In this document: one piece after another, positions 37,601-38,677 of the stretch
How the letters are laid out: the number at the start of each line of letters is the position of its first letter
How positions within the stretch are numbered: the first letter of the stretch is position 1
Assembly (NCBI GenBank): GCA_019058275.1
Contig: JAHLVW010000033.1
Coordinates: 1 to 38,677, forward strand
Direction: 5' to 3'
DNA length: 38,677 bases
From: Candidatus Heimdallarchaeota archaeon
GTDB lineage: Archaea > Asgardarchaeota > Heimdallarchaeia > JABLTI01
Program-made: the position numbers and the translations under genes
The notes under the pieces: generated by a model
The model's input: the letters and a program-made list of their open reading frames with translations, nothing else
What the model was told of the DNA's origin: nothing
The model's database searches: none

Positions 37601-38677
37601 TTCAAGCGAATCTATACTCGAACGAGCAGGACAACCAGTCTATCTTCCATCAAGGATTAGAAGAGGAAATGCAGAACGAGTAGTGAGAATCATTAGGGGA
37701 CAGTATAAACGGATGAACTGTTATTATGATTGTTTGAAGGTTATCGAACTAGTCGATGGAGAAACTCAGGAACACAAGGTGATAAGGATTGTAATGCAGA
37801 CATACCGTACTAAGAAAAATTATCCATACTACAAAAAAGTCATGGTACAGCAAACCATCCAGATGATCAAGAACTGGCAGAAAAAATTAGCAATAGATGT
37901 TCACATGGTCAACTATACTGATATTGTGTACTCACAAATGAGCAAGTTCATTTTTCCCTTCGGACCAGATGACGGGCAAGCACTGCAATTTACTCAGGAA
38001 GGACAAATGATTCGCTATAAAATTAAACTTCCAATCGTCCCCTACCCAAAGAGCAAGCAAGACTGGGAATGGCACGAAAATTATCTAACCATTCCTGAGA
38101 AGATACACAAGAAACTGGAAAAGAATCTTAATAGGCAGACAAGAAGACCAACACTCCTAACTAAAACCTTGAAGGGAGGGGTAACACACTTCTTTCTCCA
38201 ATTTCCGTGGGAGTTCCCAAAAGAAAGAAGAGCAAGAGAGAACGGGAACAAAGAACGCATGCTTGCAGTTGATTTTGGCTTAAAGAAGCTTGCAACAGCG
38301 GTCGTCTGTGAAAATAAGAAGCAAATCTCAGGACCGATCTATCTCAAGCTTGTCGGAGGACAGTATCGGCACATAGAACGACTGTATAAGAACATCTCCG
38401 GAGTACAAAAGCACCTAGCAAACCTAAACAAGTCACCTAGCAAAGAGAGAAAGGAAGAAGAGTGAAGAAGACTATATGCGAAGAGAAATCGTCTTGGGGA
38501 TGAACTAGCATATGCAACAACTAATAACCTCATGCAGAAAGCTCTCAATGGGCAATGCACAAAAATTATCGTCGAGGACCTGCGCTCATACAAACCTCCA
38601 CGAGGACGAAGAAGCTGGTCACGAAGGCTCTCAGAATGGCTCCGGGGACTCATCGCACACCTCCTTGAGTATAAATG
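37593..38677 (+). pseudogene. tnpB: TnpB/Cas12-like RuvC protein (IS200/IS605 family), with in-frame TGA; runs off the window
   Basis: RuvC-I LAVDFGLKKLA; after TGA 38463-65 the same frame continues RRLYAKRNR..IIVEDL (RuvC-II)..RLSEWLRG..LLEYK. Confidence 0.85.

Noticed and set aside
16151-38465. Stop-codon reassignment or selenocysteine explaining the in-frame stops
   Set aside because: Interrupting stops are both TGA and TAA, intact genes here end normally in TGA/TAA/TAG, and the positions are not Cys-like catalytic sites

Overview
AT-rich archaeal chromosomal segment. Longin/roadblock, Ras-like GTPase, TPR-RING and PGF-type CTERM proteins, plus a BHB-intron tRNA, suggest an Asgard (Heimdallarchaeia-like) genome; this taxonomy is inferred. 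Core genes include a FetAB-like ABC pair, two purP paralogs, purM, a DUF47-PiT phosphate operon, a HisA-like protein, a lipid kinase, cofD and a nitroreductase. There are four tRNA genes: Val-GAC, Ala-GGC with an intron, Gly-TCC and Glu-TTC. The tRNAs are flanked by accessory and decaying DNA. After tRNA-Val lies an islet with a Cas4-like nuclease, a LAGLIDADG-HTH pseudogene and a TGT-like Zn protein, closed by a tRNA 3' scar. After tRNA-Ala are a further 3' scar and a full-length intronless pseudo-tRNA. After tRNA-Glu is a tightly coupled 4-gene operon (unknown, wHTH, Hrq1/DUF1998-type SF2 helicase, metallophosphoesterase) that meets an N-truncated, stop-interrupted TnpB-like gene head-to-head; this operon is the best candidate for an undescribed system. 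Other notable items are a circularly permuted family-5 solute-binding protein with a structured leader, a DUF47/PhoU-esterase fusion, a GATOR2-like ZnF-RING protein and several hidden pseudogenes. All family assignments are from motif recognition by eye; no searches were run.
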